A DNA stretch of 64,000 nucleotides from Actinomycetota bacterium (GCA_046565595.1 JBKHYG010000100.1:20838-84837); one strand, 5' to 3'; shown: positions 25,971 through 35,847, counted from the first letter of the stretch. Numbers and translations are program-made. Notes: generated from the letters alone by a model not told the origin.

Positions 25971-28157
25971 TCAGTTGGTAGTTCGATCGAACAGGCGACC
26001 GAACGCGTCGCGATGTGCGCGCGTCATCTCGTCGAGCGCGACAGCGGATGTTCCGAAGTTGAAACTTTCCCCGCCGACCCGTCCGAGGACCCTCGCGGGG
26101 ATGCCTACATCGGCGGCGGCCGTCAGGATCGTCGCTGAGTCCTGCGCGGAGACGATGACACGGCCGGTGGATTCGCTGAAGGCCGCCACATGTTCGGGAA
26201 GTCCCACCACGGAGATATCGACGGTCGCAGCGATCCCGCTTGCGATCGCCATCTCGGCCAATGCCACCAGGAGCCCACCGTCTGAGCAGTCATGGGCAGC
26301 TGTCAACCGGTCTGCCTCATAGAGGTCAGAAAGCAGACCGCAGAGGCGCCTCTCGAGGTCCAGATCCACCTGCGGGGGCATTCCTCCCAGGTGCCCGCGC
26401 GCGACCCAAGCCCATTCGCTACCCCCTAGTTCGGGCCTGGTTTCTCCGAGCAGGACTATCTCGTCGCCCTCCTGCCAGGAGTTGGTCAGCGGCTCGCCTT
26501 CAAGCAGCCCGACCATGCCGATGATCGGGGTCGGATGGATCTGCGTGTCGCCGGTCTGGTTGTAGAAACTCACATTGCCGCCCGTGACCGGTGTCTCGAG
26601 CACGCGGCAGGCCTCGCCGATCCCTTTGACAGCCTCGGCGAACTGCCACATGACCTCTGGATACTCGGGGTTGCCGAAGTTCAGACAGTTGGTGATCGCG
26701 ACGGGGCGCGCTCCGGTACATGCGACATTGCGAGCAGATTCGACGACCGCGAGCATCGCCCCGAGCCTGGGGTCAAGCTGTCCGAAACGGCCGCAACCAT
26801 CCGTAGAGATCGCCATAGCCCGGTCGATACCCTCGATACGGATGACCGCCGCGTCGCCGCCGGCGCTCTGCAGCGTGTTGTGTTGAACGATCTGGTCGTA
26901 CTGTTCGTAGACCCATCCCTTCGAGCAGATGTTTGGGCTCGCGAGTAACTCGAGCAGCGCATCGCCGAGATCCTTCGGCGGCTCGAGCCGCATCGGGTCG
27001 TCCGCCTGCAACGCATCCAGCCAGTCGGGCCGTCGCATCGGCCGTTCGTAGACGGGACCTTCGTCGGCCAGAGAGCGGGCCGGCATGTCTGCGACAACCT
27101 CGCCAGAGTGAGCGATCTTCAGGTTGCCGCCCTCGATGACGGTCGCGACCGGCGCTGCCCACGCTCCCCAACGAGAACAGATCTCCAGCGCCTGGTCCAC
27201 ATCCTCGGGCTTGACGATCGCGAGCATGCGTTCCTGCGATTCGCTCGTCAGGATCTCGAAGGCTTCCATGTCGGCCTCGCGCAATGCGACCGCATCCAGG
27301 TCGACCTCTAGTCCGGTGCCTCCGCGTGAGGCTGTCTCACTGGTCGCGCAGCAGAAGCCGCCCCCGCCCAGATCCTGCAGCCCTACCAACAAGCCGCGGC
27401 GAGCCAGTTCCACAGAAACCTCGATGATGACCTTCTCGGTGAATGGGTCACCGACCTGAACGCTGGGGCGTTTAGCTTCCGCTTCGTCGTCGAACGGCCG
27501 CGATGCCAGGACGCTCACACCTCCGATACCGTCCCGGCCGGTCTTGCTGCCGAACAGGATCGCAACATTGCCTTCGCCCTCTGCGACCGCCCTCTGAACC
27601 TCGTCCAAGCGTCCGACGCCGACGCACATCACATTCACCAGCGGGTTGCCCTGATAGCAGGGATCGAAGCGAAGTTCACCACCGACGGTAGGGATGCCGA
27701 TCGAGTTGCCATACTGGCTGATGCCGTGGACGACGCCTTCGACGAGATGCATCGTGGGGAACTTCGAAGGATCGCCGAACCGCAGCGGATCCAAGAGAGC
27801 AACCGGACGGGCGCCTGCCGAGATGATGTCGCGCACGATCCCGCCGACGCCCGTCGCAGCGCCCTGGACCGGCTCGACGAAAGAGGGGTGGTTGTGCGAC
27901 TCGAGCTTGAAGACCGCGACCATGCCGTCGCCGATGTCGATGATGCCAGCGGATTCGCCAGGGCCCATCACGACGCGCGGACCTTCGGTCGGCAGCGTCT
28001 TCAGGTGCACCTTCGACGACTTGTACGAGCAGTGTTCGCTCCACATAGCGCCATACATCGCGAGTTCGGCAGGTGTCGGTTCGCGGCCGAGCGTGTCGCA
28101 GATGCGGTGGTATTCGTCTTCTGTGAGCGCGAGTGCGAGCGCCTGTTCGACGCTCAT
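25971..28157 (-). CDS. purL: Phosphoribosylformylglycinamidine synthase subunit II
   Basis: 728 aa with duplicated AIRS-like domains; N-terminus MSVEQALALALTEDEYHRICDTLGREPTPAELAMYGAMWSEHCSYKSS is the canonical small-type PurL start. Confidence 0.9.
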   Translation of the reverse strand: MSVEQALALALTEDEYHRICDTLGREPTPAELAMYGAMWSEHCSYKSSKVHLKTLPTEGPRVVMGPGESAGIIDIGDGMVAVFKLESHNHPSFVEPVQGAATGVGGIVRDIISAGARPVALLDPLRFGDPSKFPTMHLVEGVVHGISQYGNSIGIPTVGGELRFDPCYQGNPLVNVMCVGVGRLDEVQRAVAEGEGNVAILFGSKTGRDGIGGVSVLASRPFDDEAEAKRPSVQVGDPFTEKVIIEVSVELARRGLLVGLQDLGGGGFCCATSETASRGGTGLEVDLDAVALREADMEAFEILTSESQERMLAIVKPEDVDQALEICSRWGAWAAPVATVIEGGNLKIAHSGEVVADMPARSLADEGPVYERPMRRPDWLDALQADDPMRLEPPKDLGDALLELLASPNICSKGWVYEQYDQIVQHNTLQSAGGDAAVIRIEGIDRAMAISTDGCGRFGQLDPRLGAMLAVVESARNVACTGARPVAITNCLNFGNPEYPEVMWQFAEAVKGIGEACRVLETPVTGGNVSFYNQTGDTQIHPTPIIGMVGLLEGEPLTNSWQEGDEIVLLGETRPELGGSEWAWVARGHLGGMPPQVDLDLERRLCGLLSDLYEADRLTAAHDCSDGGLLVALAEMAIASGIAATVDISVVGLPEHVAAFSESTGRVIVSAQDSATILTAAADVGIPARVLGRVGGESFNFGTSAVALDEMTRAHRDAFGRLFDRTTN

Positions 28158-28846
28158 GCGTCCACCATCGCGGCGAGCTGCTTCATGACCGCGATCCCGT
28201 CAGTGGTTCGGTATCCGATGCTCGCATCCACGGCGTGCTCGGGATGAGGCATCAACCCAAGGACATTGCCCACCTCATTGCAGACACCCGCGATGTTCTC
28301 GAGCGAACCGTTCGGGTTGATGTCGTCTGTGATCTGCCCGTCGGGCGTGCTGTAGCGCAGCACGATCTGACCGTTGGCCTTCATGGTCTGCAGGGTGTCT
28401 TCGTCAGCGATGTAGCGACCTTCACCGTGTTTGATCGGGATGGTCAGGACGCTGCCGGCCTCTGCGGCGACGCGGGACCGGTTGCCCTGTTCGACGCGCA
28501 CATGGACTGGTCGGCAGATGAACTTCAGGCCCTGGTTCCGCGTCAGCGCGCCGGGCAGGAGGCCCGCCTCGCACAGGATCTGGAAGCCGTTGCAGACGCC
28601 CAGCACCGGCTTGCCTTCGGCGGCCAGTGTTCTTACGGCGTCCATGATCGGCGCGAAGCGAGCGATGGCACCGCAGCGCAGATAGTCGCCGTAGCTGAAA
28701 CCGCCCGGCAGCAGGACGCCCTCGATGCCGTCTAGTGAGGTCTCTTGATGCCAGATCAGTCGCGCGTCCAGACCGATCTGTCCTAGAGCCCAGACCGCGT
28801 CACGGTCATCGTTGCTCCCCGGAAATTGGATGACGCCGATCGTCAT
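28154..28846 (-). CDS. purQ: Phosphoribosylformylglycinamidine synthase subunit I (glutamine amidotransferase)
   Basis: Class I GATase triad context GVCNGFQ, HPE near C-terminus; 4-nt overlap with purL. Confidence 0.9.
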   Translation of the reverse strand: MTIGVIQFPGSNDDRDAVWALGQIGLDARLIWHQETSLDGIEGVLLPGGFSYGDYLRCGAIARFAPIMDAVRTLAAEGKPVLGVCNGFQILCEAGLLPGALTRNQGLKFICRPVHVRVEQGNRSRVAAEAGSVLTIPIKHGEGRYIADEDTLQTMKANGQIVLRYSTPDGQITDDINPNGSLENIAGVCNEVGNVLGLMPHPEHAVDASIGYRTTDGIAVMKQLAAMVDA

Positions 28847-29106
28847 ATGGCCGAGCCTACCGGCGCTCTACGCCGGCGTTTCAACGACTATCGGAGACCT
28901 GATCGGCAGCCCGGACCGAGCGGGATGGGCGAATGGATCTCGATTTCCAAAGATGGGGGAGACTCAACTGGGGCCCCAGGCCGGTTTTCGACCCTCATAC
29001 CGTCGGAATCGCCTACGGGATGACCAGACCCCGCTAAGATGGTTATCAGACTCCACGATGATCGGCTGGGTGAGTCGCCCTTACTGATGGCTGAACCGAA
29101 GCAGCG

Positions 29107-29862
29107 ATGGGTCGGAGGGATGCGCTGAGTCACCCCACAGAACGGAAGCGACAGCCTCCTGCGTCGGAGCCCCCGAAGTTCGCTATGCCTCCGGTGCTTC
29201 GCGGACACGACCTACGCCTGTCGTATGGCAGCACGGTCGCCCTTGCAGGAGCAACAGTGGAGATCCGCCCGGGCGAAGTGGTCGTCCTGACGGGAAAGAG
29301 CGGCTCGGGCAAATCTTCGCTGCTGTATTGCTTGGCGGGCGTGTTGCGGCCCGACGGAGGCCGGTTGATCTACGGCGGCGCATCGATGGTAGACATGTCC
29401 GACGATCAACTTAGCGGCTTGCGCCGACGGGACTTCGGCTTCGTCTTCCAGTTCGGGGAGTTGGTTCCCGAACTAAGCGTGGAGGAGAATGTTGCCCTTC
29501 CCCTCCGGCTGAACCGCACGCCGTCTAGTGAGATCCGGCCGCGGGTGGCGGACCTGCTTGACCGCCTGGGGATCGGGGCGATCGCGAAGAAGCGCACGGG
29601 AGAGGCGTCAGGTGGCCAGGTTCAGCGCGCCGCCGTCGCGCGCGCCCTGATCCATTCCCCGAAGGTCGTGTTCGCAGACGAGCCCACGGGTGCCCTCGAT
29701 ACGGAGAACAGCGCGCTCGTGCTGAACGAGTTCCTCAGGATGGCACGCACGATCGGCTCCGCTGTTGTGATGGTGACGCACGAGACGAATGTCGCGGCGG
29801 TCGGGGACCGCCATCTGTCGGTCATCGACGGAGTCGTTCACGCAACAGCGGGCCCGATGTGA
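29107..29862 (+). CDS. ABC transporter ATP-binding protein (MacB/LolD/FtsE-like)
   Basis: Walker A GKSGSGKSS, Q-loop, ABC signature SGGQVQRAAVARAL, Walker B VVFADEPTGALD; alternative start at 29185 (MPPVLRGHDLRL). Confidence 0.8.
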   Translation: MGRRDALSHPTERKRQPPASEPPKFAMPPVLRGHDLRLSYGSTVALAGATVEIRPGEVVVLTGKSGSGKSSLLYCLAGVLRPDGGRLIYGGASMVDMSDDQLSGLRRRDFGFVFQFGELVPELSVEENVALPLRLNRTPSSEIRPRVADLLDRLGIGAIAKKRTGEASGGQVQRAAVARALIHSPKVVFADEPTGALDTENSALVLNEFLRMARTIGSAVVMVTHETNVAAVGDRHLSVIDGVVHATAGPM

Positions 29863-32201
29863 TCATCGCTCGCCTGGGCGTTCTGTTCCTCCGGGGCAAC
29901 GGTCGGCCTGGAATGGTACGGCTCGCCTTGATGGTGGGCGGCACTACGGTAGGGGTATCGGTCCTGCTGGTTGCGCTCTCGTTCCCAGCCATCTTGGACG
30001 GAAGACAGCAACGCGCTTCAGCACGCTTCCCCCAGGTAGGACAAGAACAGACTGGGACATGGTTTCAGCAACGCTCAACCCTGCTTGGCCAGGGTCGATT
30101 GCGGGAGTTGTTCCTCGCCAATGATGGAACCCCCGCGATACTTCCGCCCGGAGTTTCGACCGTTCCCAAGGTAGGTGAGGCGTATGTGTCGCCTGCTCTG
30201 AGTGAGATCCTGAGTGACGCCCGCGTGAAGGCGAGGTTTCCGTATCGAGCCGCGGGTTTGGTCGGACCGCAAGGCCTGGTATCGCCTGATGAGCTGTACG
30301 CCGTGGTCGGTGCAAAGCGAGCGGAGTTGCCGGCCGGAGGGGCACCGCTGGCGGGATACGGTCTCCGTGGCGGTCAACTCGAAGTCGACATCGCTCAAGG
30401 CGATCTTAGGGTCCTGCAGATCGCGCTCATCGGGTTGGTCGGAGTCCCGCTCGCGGTGTGCTTCGCAGTCATCGCCCGGCTCTCCGCCGCAGCGCGCGAT
30501 CGGCGTTTGGCGGCGCTACGGCTGCTCGGCATGACGCAACGCGACACCCGTCGTGTCAACGCGCTCGAAACCATCCTCGCTGCGTTCGTTGGGGGGCTGG
30601 TAGCCACAGGCGTCTACTCAGTTCTGAACGCCCGACTGGCACGGTCGGGCCTTGGAGGCATCGTGTGGTTCTCGTCCGACTCGGCCCTGAGACCCGGCAT
30701 GGTCGCCATGGCCCTGGTCGGCGTCCCCGTGTTTGCTGCCGTTCTGGGGATCGCCGGGTCGCGATCCGCGGTCCAGAACGCGCTCGCCGTACGGCGCGAG
30801 GCCCCTGCCCGGCGTGCGGGGTGGATACGGCTCGCCCCCCTCGGCGTCGGCATGGCTCTATTGCTCGGCCTGCTGATCGCATCTGCCGATGCACCTGCTG
30901 GCACGGGCCTCAAGGATCCGGCGCCCCTCATCCTGATCCTCGGGGTTCTGCTCGCTGGAGTGGGGCTCGCGTCCGGCTTCGGCGTGCTCGCCTCCGCCGT
31001 GGCGAGGCTGGTCGCGGACCGCGCACGCCGGCTATGGATCATCCTCGGGGCCCGCCGGCTCATGTTCGAGCCCTCCGGTGCCTCCCGAGTCGTCGCCGGA
31101 TTGGTCGTCGTGATCTTTGCTGCCGGATTCTCGACCGGCTTGCAGCGCGACGCTAGGGCGGCGACCTTGCCGCTCGGCAGGTTCGAGTTCTACGAAGTTC
31201 AGGCACGGGAAGTCCCGCGGAGCGCACGGCCCAAACTCCTGAGCCTGCCAGAGATCCGCAGCGCGGTGGCTTCGATCGCCTCGTTCGAACCCCACGATTC
31301 CTCCGGAGATGCTTCGCCCGGAAGTGCCCCGGGCGAAGGACTCGGCGGTCCGGGTGCATCCCAAGGAGGACCACCGGCGCAGTCTGGCATCACAGCGGGC
31401 TTCGGGCGCTGTCAAGATGTGGCCGTGCTGCTGGAACGCCCATTTCCCGAGTGCAAGGACGGCGTCTCGTACCGGATCAGCCTGGACGAAGCAGACGCGA
31501 GGCCACCGGAGGCGGGCAGGCGTTTCCATCTTCCCCTCGACTTCTCTGACGCTCCACGCAGCATCGTCGTCGAAGCTCCGCGCCCCGTGATCGTGCTTCC
31601 CTACGAGGAACTGATCGCCCTTGGCGGCATCAATGTGTTCCTGCCGATCAAGCGACTGCCGGGAGGCCGAGTTCCGGATACTGCTCGCATCGTGCTCGCC
31701 TCGGAAACCAGTATGCGCGCCATCCAGGATGCGGTGACCGCGATCGCTCGCCTCGCGCCCACAGCCCAGATCGGATTCCTCAACGACGATGTGGACACCC
31801 GTCGGCGGTCCGAGGTGTTCCAAGGCTTGCTCGATGTCGCGTTGATGCTAGGAGTCATCGTCGGCATGCTCGCGTTCGTCGTCGCTACCCTCGATCGAGC
31901 TATCGAACGCCGCTCTAACCTCGTATCGCTCGCCATCGTCGGGGTACCTCTCACGACCCTGCGCGCAGCACAGGCATTCCAGGTCACGATCCCGATCGTC
32001 ATCGGAGCAGTGCTGGCGTTGATCGCGGGCAAGATCGCCGAGCAGGTGACCGTAAGCGTCGGCGGTCTAGATAGAAGCGTGCAGTGGGGGAACACCATCG
32101 GTGGCATCGGCTTGGCCCTAATCGCAGTGACTTTGGCTGTGATCGCGACCCTGCCTGCGGTCACCGACCGGATCGATGCCACGCTCATCCGCCGCGATTG
32201 A
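29859..32201 (+). CDS. ABC transporter permease, FtsX family (two FtsX modules, large extracytoplasmic loops)
   Basis: 780 aa, 4-nt overlap with ATPase gene; N-terminal TM, long loops, two 4-TM FtsX-like blocks. Confidence 0.75.
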   Translation: MIIARLGVLFLRGNGRPGMVRLALMVGGTTVGVSVLLVALSFPAILDGRQQRASARFPQVGQEQTGTWFQQRSTLLGQGRLRELFLANDGTPAILPPGVSTVPKVGEAYVSPALSEILSDARVKARFPYRAAGLVGPQGLVSPDELYAVVGAKRAELPAGGAPLAGYGLRGGQLEVDIAQGDLRVLQIALIGLVGVPLAVCFAVIARLSAAARDRRLAALRLLGMTQRDTRRVNALETILAAFVGGLVATGVYSVLNARLARSGLGGIVWFSSDSALRPGMVAMALVGVPVFAAVLGIAGSRSAVQNALAVRREAPARRAGWIRLAPLGVGMALLLGLLIASADAPAGTGLKDPAPLILILGVLLAGVGLASGFGVLASAVARLVADRARRLWIILGARRLMFEPSGASRVVAGLVVVIFAAGFSTGLQRDARAATLPLGRFEFYEVQAREVPRSARPKLLSLPEIRSAVASIASFEPHDSSGDASPGSAPGEGLGGPGASQGGPPAQSGITAGFGRCQDVAVLLERPFPECKDGVSYRISLDEADARPPEAGRRFHLPLDFSDAPRSIVVEAPRPVIVLPYEELIALGGINVFLPIKRLPGGRVPDTARIVLASETSMRAIQDAVTAIARLAPTAQIGFLNDDVDTRRRSEVFQGLLDVALMLGVIVGMLAFVVATLDRAIERRSNLVSLAIVGVPLTTLRAAQAFQVTIPIVIGAVLALIAGKIAEQVTVSVGGLDRSVQWGNTIGGIGLALIAVTLAVIATLPAVTDRIDATLIRRD

Positions 32202-32290
32202 GTCACTCACTGACTCCGTTGACCTCTCAGCTAGGTCATTGCTTGGATTCGTCCTCGCGCGGGATCTGGAAGCGGCTGCGGTTAGGACCG

Positions 32291-32650
32291 TTAGGAGCCG
32301 GACGGAGGTCCTCCGAAGATCGGTGGTCGGCCGTACAAGGTAAACGCTCCTACCACCGTCAACACAACCCCAGCTGCTAACAGGGTCACGCGGGCCGAGA
32401 GACCCCACACGAAGAGGGCAAAGGCGCCCGCGGACATGAGTACCAGGCCGGCCCACGCTCTTCGTCTCGCTCTGGCATCCGAGGGAAATCGGCCACCACG
32501 CCATGGCAAGAGGATCGCCGTCACTAAGGTGAGCGCTGCAGCCAGTCGAGGGCGTCCACTGGCGATCATCGTCACCAGCAGGGCGGCGACCGCCGAACCG
32601 AGCATCAACACCTGATGCCGCTGGGCCCAGCTTCTGAAGTCAGACCACAT
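32291..32650 (-). CDS. Small membrane protein, hypothetical
   Basis: 119 aa, 3-4 predicted TM helices, co-directional with pur genes. Confidence 0.4.
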   Translation of the reverse strand: MWSDFRSWAQRHQVLMLGSAVAALLVTMIASGRPRLAAALTLVTAILLPWRGGRFPSDARARRRAWAGLVLMSAGAFALFVWGLSARVTLLAAGVVLTVVGAFTLYGRPPIFGGPPSGS

Positions 32651-32661
32651 CGAGCGTCTTT

Positions 32662-33465
32662 CTAGGCGAACCCGGCGCCCTCAAGCAAGGCGATCGGGTC
32701 GTTGGATTCGACGATCGCCAAAGCATCCAGGCACCAGCGTTTCCACTCGTCTCGGGGGATGAACTCTCGGCAAGCCTGCAACTCGACCTGCCTCGCCGCA
32801 ACCTCAGCCTCGGCATCAGGCCCTTCGGGCGAGCCAGCGAGGTGGTAGCCCTCGTGTAGGAGCGGAGGCAGCATCTCGATGGGTTCGAGGGCGCGGTCTG
32901 CAAACCGGAAGTTCAGCCAGAGGGTGCCGTCTTCCAGGTTGGCGGTGGATTCGATCCCGGTGCGTTCGAACTGTGCGAACCGCACGGTCGCCTTCCCCAA
33001 GCCTTCGATCGCTTGGCGCATGTCCTGGCTCATACCGGGCCCGATCAGCGTGCACGCCTGTTTCAAAGCCTGATACAACCGCGTGAGTCCGTCACCACTC
33101 ATCACCCAGCGGGTACCCGAGAGTTCCTCGCAGGGTGCTTCGGCCTCGGGGACGGTCTCTGGCGGCGGCACGGGCACCACTCGGATCGGATCGTGACTGA
33201 AACCATCAGCTGGCGCGGGACGACGCTCCTGCAGCGGAACGGTTACGAAGTCGCTGGGGCGGATCAGCAGCCAGCCGGTCGCGACGATGGCTACCAGAGC
33301 AAGGGTGGCGAACGAGATCAGCAGGCCCCGCGGCATCGCCTGCCGGATCGGCAGATCGATCGGTTGCTTCGAGCCCGTCGGACGGGTGGTCGCTGCGTCC
33401 GCCGGACGGGTGGCCGCTGCGTCCGTCGGACGGTCGCGCCCCGGGTCAGGTCGGTGGTCGCTCAA
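32662..33465 (-). CDS. Membrane-anchored hypothetical protein with N-terminal 8-aa tandem repeats; start (TTG) overlaps purS stop
   Basis: 267 aa; N-terminal RPTDAAATRPADAATTRP repeats, one TM (LLISFATLALVAIVATGWLLI), extracytoplasmic C-terminal domain; GC3 of N-terminal region about 80% supports coding; TTGA start/stop overlap with purS. Confidence 0.5.
   Translation of the reverse strand: MSDHRPDPGRDRPTDAAATRPADAATTRPTGSKQPIDLPIRQAMPRGLLISFATLALVAIVATGWLLIRPSDFVTVPLQERRPAPADGFSHDPIRVVPVPPPETVPEAEAPCEELSGTRWVMSGDGLTRLYQALKQACTLIGPGMSQDMRQAIEGLGKATVRFAQFERTGIESTANLEDGTLWLNFRFADRALEPIEMLPPLLHEGYHLAGSPEGPDAEAEVAARQVELQACREFIPRDEWKRWCLDALAIVESNDPIALLEGAGFA
33377..33433. repeat. Tandem 24-bp direct repeat (2.4 copies), in frame within 5' end of CDS 32662..33465
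   Basis: GTCGGACGGGTGGTCGCTGCGTCC / GCCGGACGGGTGGCCGCTGCGTCC / GTCGGACGG. Confidence 0.7.
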
Positions 33466-33710
33466 TCCTCGAGGCTGTAGGTGAAATCTTCGATCACAGG
33501 GTTGCTGAGCAGTTTCTGGCTCATCTGTTCAACCTGCTCTCGAACGGCCTGCTCGTCAGGTCCCTCGATCTCGAACTCGATGTGTTTGCCGATGCGGACA
33601 CCGCTCACGCCTTCGAATCCCAGCGAAGGCAGGTTGTCCTCGACGGTCTTGCCTTGCGGGTCCAGGATCCCGTCGCGCAGCATCACATCGATCGAGACCC
33701 GGAACTTCAA
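33462..33710 (-). CDS. purS: Phosphoribosylformylglycinamidine synthase subunit PurS
   Basis: 82 aa; MKFRVSIDVMLRDGILDPQGKTVEDNLPSLGFEGVSGVRIGKHIEFEIEG matches the PurS fold consensus. Confidence 0.85.
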   Translation of the reverse strand: MKFRVSIDVMLRDGILDPQGKTVEDNLPSLGFEGVSGVRIGKHIEFEIEGPDEQAVREQVEQMSQKLLSNPVIEDFTYSLED

Positions 33711-34582
33711 CTAGCCCACTCCTCGAAGCGCTTTCCGGTGATGCGCTCGTAAGCCTCGATGTACTTGGCACGCGTGTTGGCGACGACATCGTCTGGAAGT
33801 TCGGGGCCGGGCGGGTTGTGGTCCCAACCGGTCGAGTCCAGCCAATCGCGAACATATTGCTTGTCGAAACTCGGGACGCTCTCTCCGGGGACGACCTGAT
33901 CGGCTGGCCAGAACCTCGACGAGTCGGGCGTCAACGCCTCATCGCACAGCACGATCTTGCCGTCGATGATCCCGAACTCGAACTTGGTGTCGGCGAGGAC
34001 GATGCCGCGCTGTTCGGCGAGCGCGGCGGCACGCGTGTAGAGCGTCAGCGAGAAGTCGCGCAGTTGCTCCATCGTCTCGCGGCCCGCGATCTCGCAGGCC
34101 TTCTCGAAGTCGATGTTCTCGTCGTGACCGACCTCGGCCTTGGTCGAAGGAGTGAAGATCGGTTCCGGCAACTGCTCCGACTCTTGCAGGCCTTCGGGCA
34201 GCGGGATGCCGCAGACCGCGCCGGTCTTGCCGTACTCCTTCCAGCCAGAGCCTGTGATGTAGCCGCGGACGACGCACTCGATCGGAACGATCTTGGCTTC
34301 GTGCACGAACATCGTTCGGCCGCGCAGAGCGTCGGCGTGCTCTTTGGCTTCGGCCGGGAAGTCATCCGGGTTCGTCGAGATGAGGTGGTTGCCGACCACA
34401 TCGGCTAGTTCTTCGAACCAGAAGATGCTGGTGCCGGTCAGCACCTTGCCCTTGTCTGGGATGTCAGTGGGAAGCACGACATCGAACGCGCTGATGCGGT
34501 CGGTGGCCACCATCAGGATGCCGCCGTCTACCTTGTAGAGGTCGCGGACCTTGCCGCTCTTGATCTTGTTGAGACCGTCCAT
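33707..34582 (-). CDS. purC: Phosphoribosylaminoimidazole-succinocarboxamide synthase (SAICAR synthetase)
   Basis: Start at ATG 34582 (MDGLNKIKSGKVRDLY); track ORF to 35059 is an extension overlapping the next gene; 4-nt overlap with purS. Confidence 0.9.
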   Translation of the reverse strand: MDGLNKIKSGKVRDLYKVDGGILMVATDRISAFDVVLPTDIPDKGKVLTGTSIFWFEELADVVGNHLISTNPDDFPAEAKEHADALRGRTMFVHEAKIVPIECVVRGYITGSGWKEYGKTGAVCGIPLPEGLQESEQLPEPIFTPSTKAEVGHDENIDFEKACEIAGRETMEQLRDFSLTLYTRAAALAEQRGIVLADTKFEFGIIDGKIVLCDEALTPDSSRFWPADQVVPGESVPSFDKQYVRDWLDSTGWDHNPPGPELPDDVVANTRAKYIEAYERITGKRFEEWAS

Positions 34583-34607
34583 GGGGTCAGAATCTAGCCG
34601 AGTCAAC

Positions 34608-35798
34608 TCAAGGCAGTTGAGACAGGAATGTCTTTGCCGGGACGACCACCGGCCTGGTCTGATCGAAGGGATCGGCCGCCACGAAAGGCATGTCCAACAC
34701 GATCTGGAACGCATGAGGCGCAGCGAGTTTCTGCGCCATCTCGGAGAGAACCCCGGACAGGTCACGGGCGCCCATCTTCGCCTCGACGAGGATCCAGGGA
34801 TCGCCATCTCGGACGACCACGAAGTCGACCTCGTTACCTTCCCGGTCTCGGATCCAACGCAGATCGAAGTCGCCGGCCCCGACATCCGTCCACAGATCGC
34901 AGGTCTTCTTGAGGGCGCAGGCCACGAGGTTCTCGAACCTCGCGGCAGGGTCGGGTACCTGAGAGTGATCCCACAGGTAGTACTTGGGTTGCTTGCGGAG
35001 TGCGCGGGCGATGTTGCGGAACCAGGGTCGCACTTCGAAGAGGTGATACAGCGAGGCAAGCGTCTCTAGCCACCTGGCAACGGTGTCGGGACTGACCGCA
35101 AGGTCCTGTGCAAGTCCCCTGTGCGGGGCCCCGCCGCCGACCCTGGACCGGACGAGGTCTGCGAGCCCGAGGACACCGTCGATCTCGCGCACCGAAGTCA
35201 GGTCTCGTAGTTCCTCGCGCAGAAGTTGGCTGCGTCGGGCGTTCACCCAACGACGATGGAAGGACGCCTCTCCCCTTGCCAATGGTTCAGGGAAGCCTGA
35301 GAAACGCAGCAGATCCTCGAGGCCGACCTGGCCTTCAGCAGGGGGACGGTGCAGCCCTGTCTCGAGATACGCAGGATCTGTCGTCTCCCCAAGGCTGAGC
35401 GGATGCATCCGGTACGAGAAGTACCTGCCAACCAACGCATCTCCCGCGTGCGAGAACACATCGAGACGAGCGCTGCCGGTAGCCAGCACTCTCGGCTCGT
35501 AGGCGTCGAACACCGACTTCAACAGATCCCGCCATCCTCCGAACCGATGGATCTCATCCAGCACTAGGCGATGTGGCTCGTCGACGAGTTGATCGAGACC
35601 GGCCGCCTCTGCGACCTTGCGCGGGCCTTGGACCAAGATGGCGCGATCCTCGGGCCGATCCCACGAGAGGTAGCGACCGCCCAATGCCTTCGCCACCGTG
35701 GACTTGCCTACTTGGCGCGGGCCCGACAGGAACGCCATCTGACGCTCGCGGGCTAGATGTATTTCCAGGATCGCCTGGTACCGTCTGGGAAACACCAT
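34608..35798 (-). CDS. AAA+ superfamily ATPase, COG1373 family (AAA_14 + DUF4143)
   Basis: Walker A GPRQVGKST, Walker B LVLDEIH; C-terminal DUF4143-like region (YLWDHSQVPDPAARFENLVACAL...EVDFVV). Confidence 0.75.
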   Translation of the reverse strand: MVFPRRYQAILEIHLARERQMAFLSGPRQVGKSTVAKALGGRYLSWDRPEDRAILVQGPRKVAEAAGLDQLVDEPHRLVLDEIHRFGGWRDLLKSVFDAYEPRVLATGSARLDVFSHAGDALVGRYFSYRMHPLSLGETTDPAYLETGLHRPPAEGQVGLEDLLRFSGFPEPLARGEASFHRRWVNARRSQLLREELRDLTSVREIDGVLGLADLVRSRVGGGAPHRGLAQDLAVSPDTVARWLETLASLYHLFEVRPWFRNIARALRKQPKYYLWDHSQVPDPAARFENLVACALKKTCDLWTDVGAGDFDLRWIRDREGNEVDFVVVRDGDPWILVEAKMGARDLSGVLSEMAQKLAAPHAFQIVLDMPFVAADPFDQTRPVVVPAKTFLSQLP

Positions 35799-35847
35799 CG
35801 GATATCTGCCATGGCAGATTACCGACGGGCTAGAAATATGTCAAGGC

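Noticed and set aside
33707-35059. 450-aa ORF called as one gene
   Set aside because: Only the C-terminal 291 aa match SAICAR synthetase (purC); the N-terminal extension overlaps the AAA ATPase gene and is Ser/Arg-rich junk.
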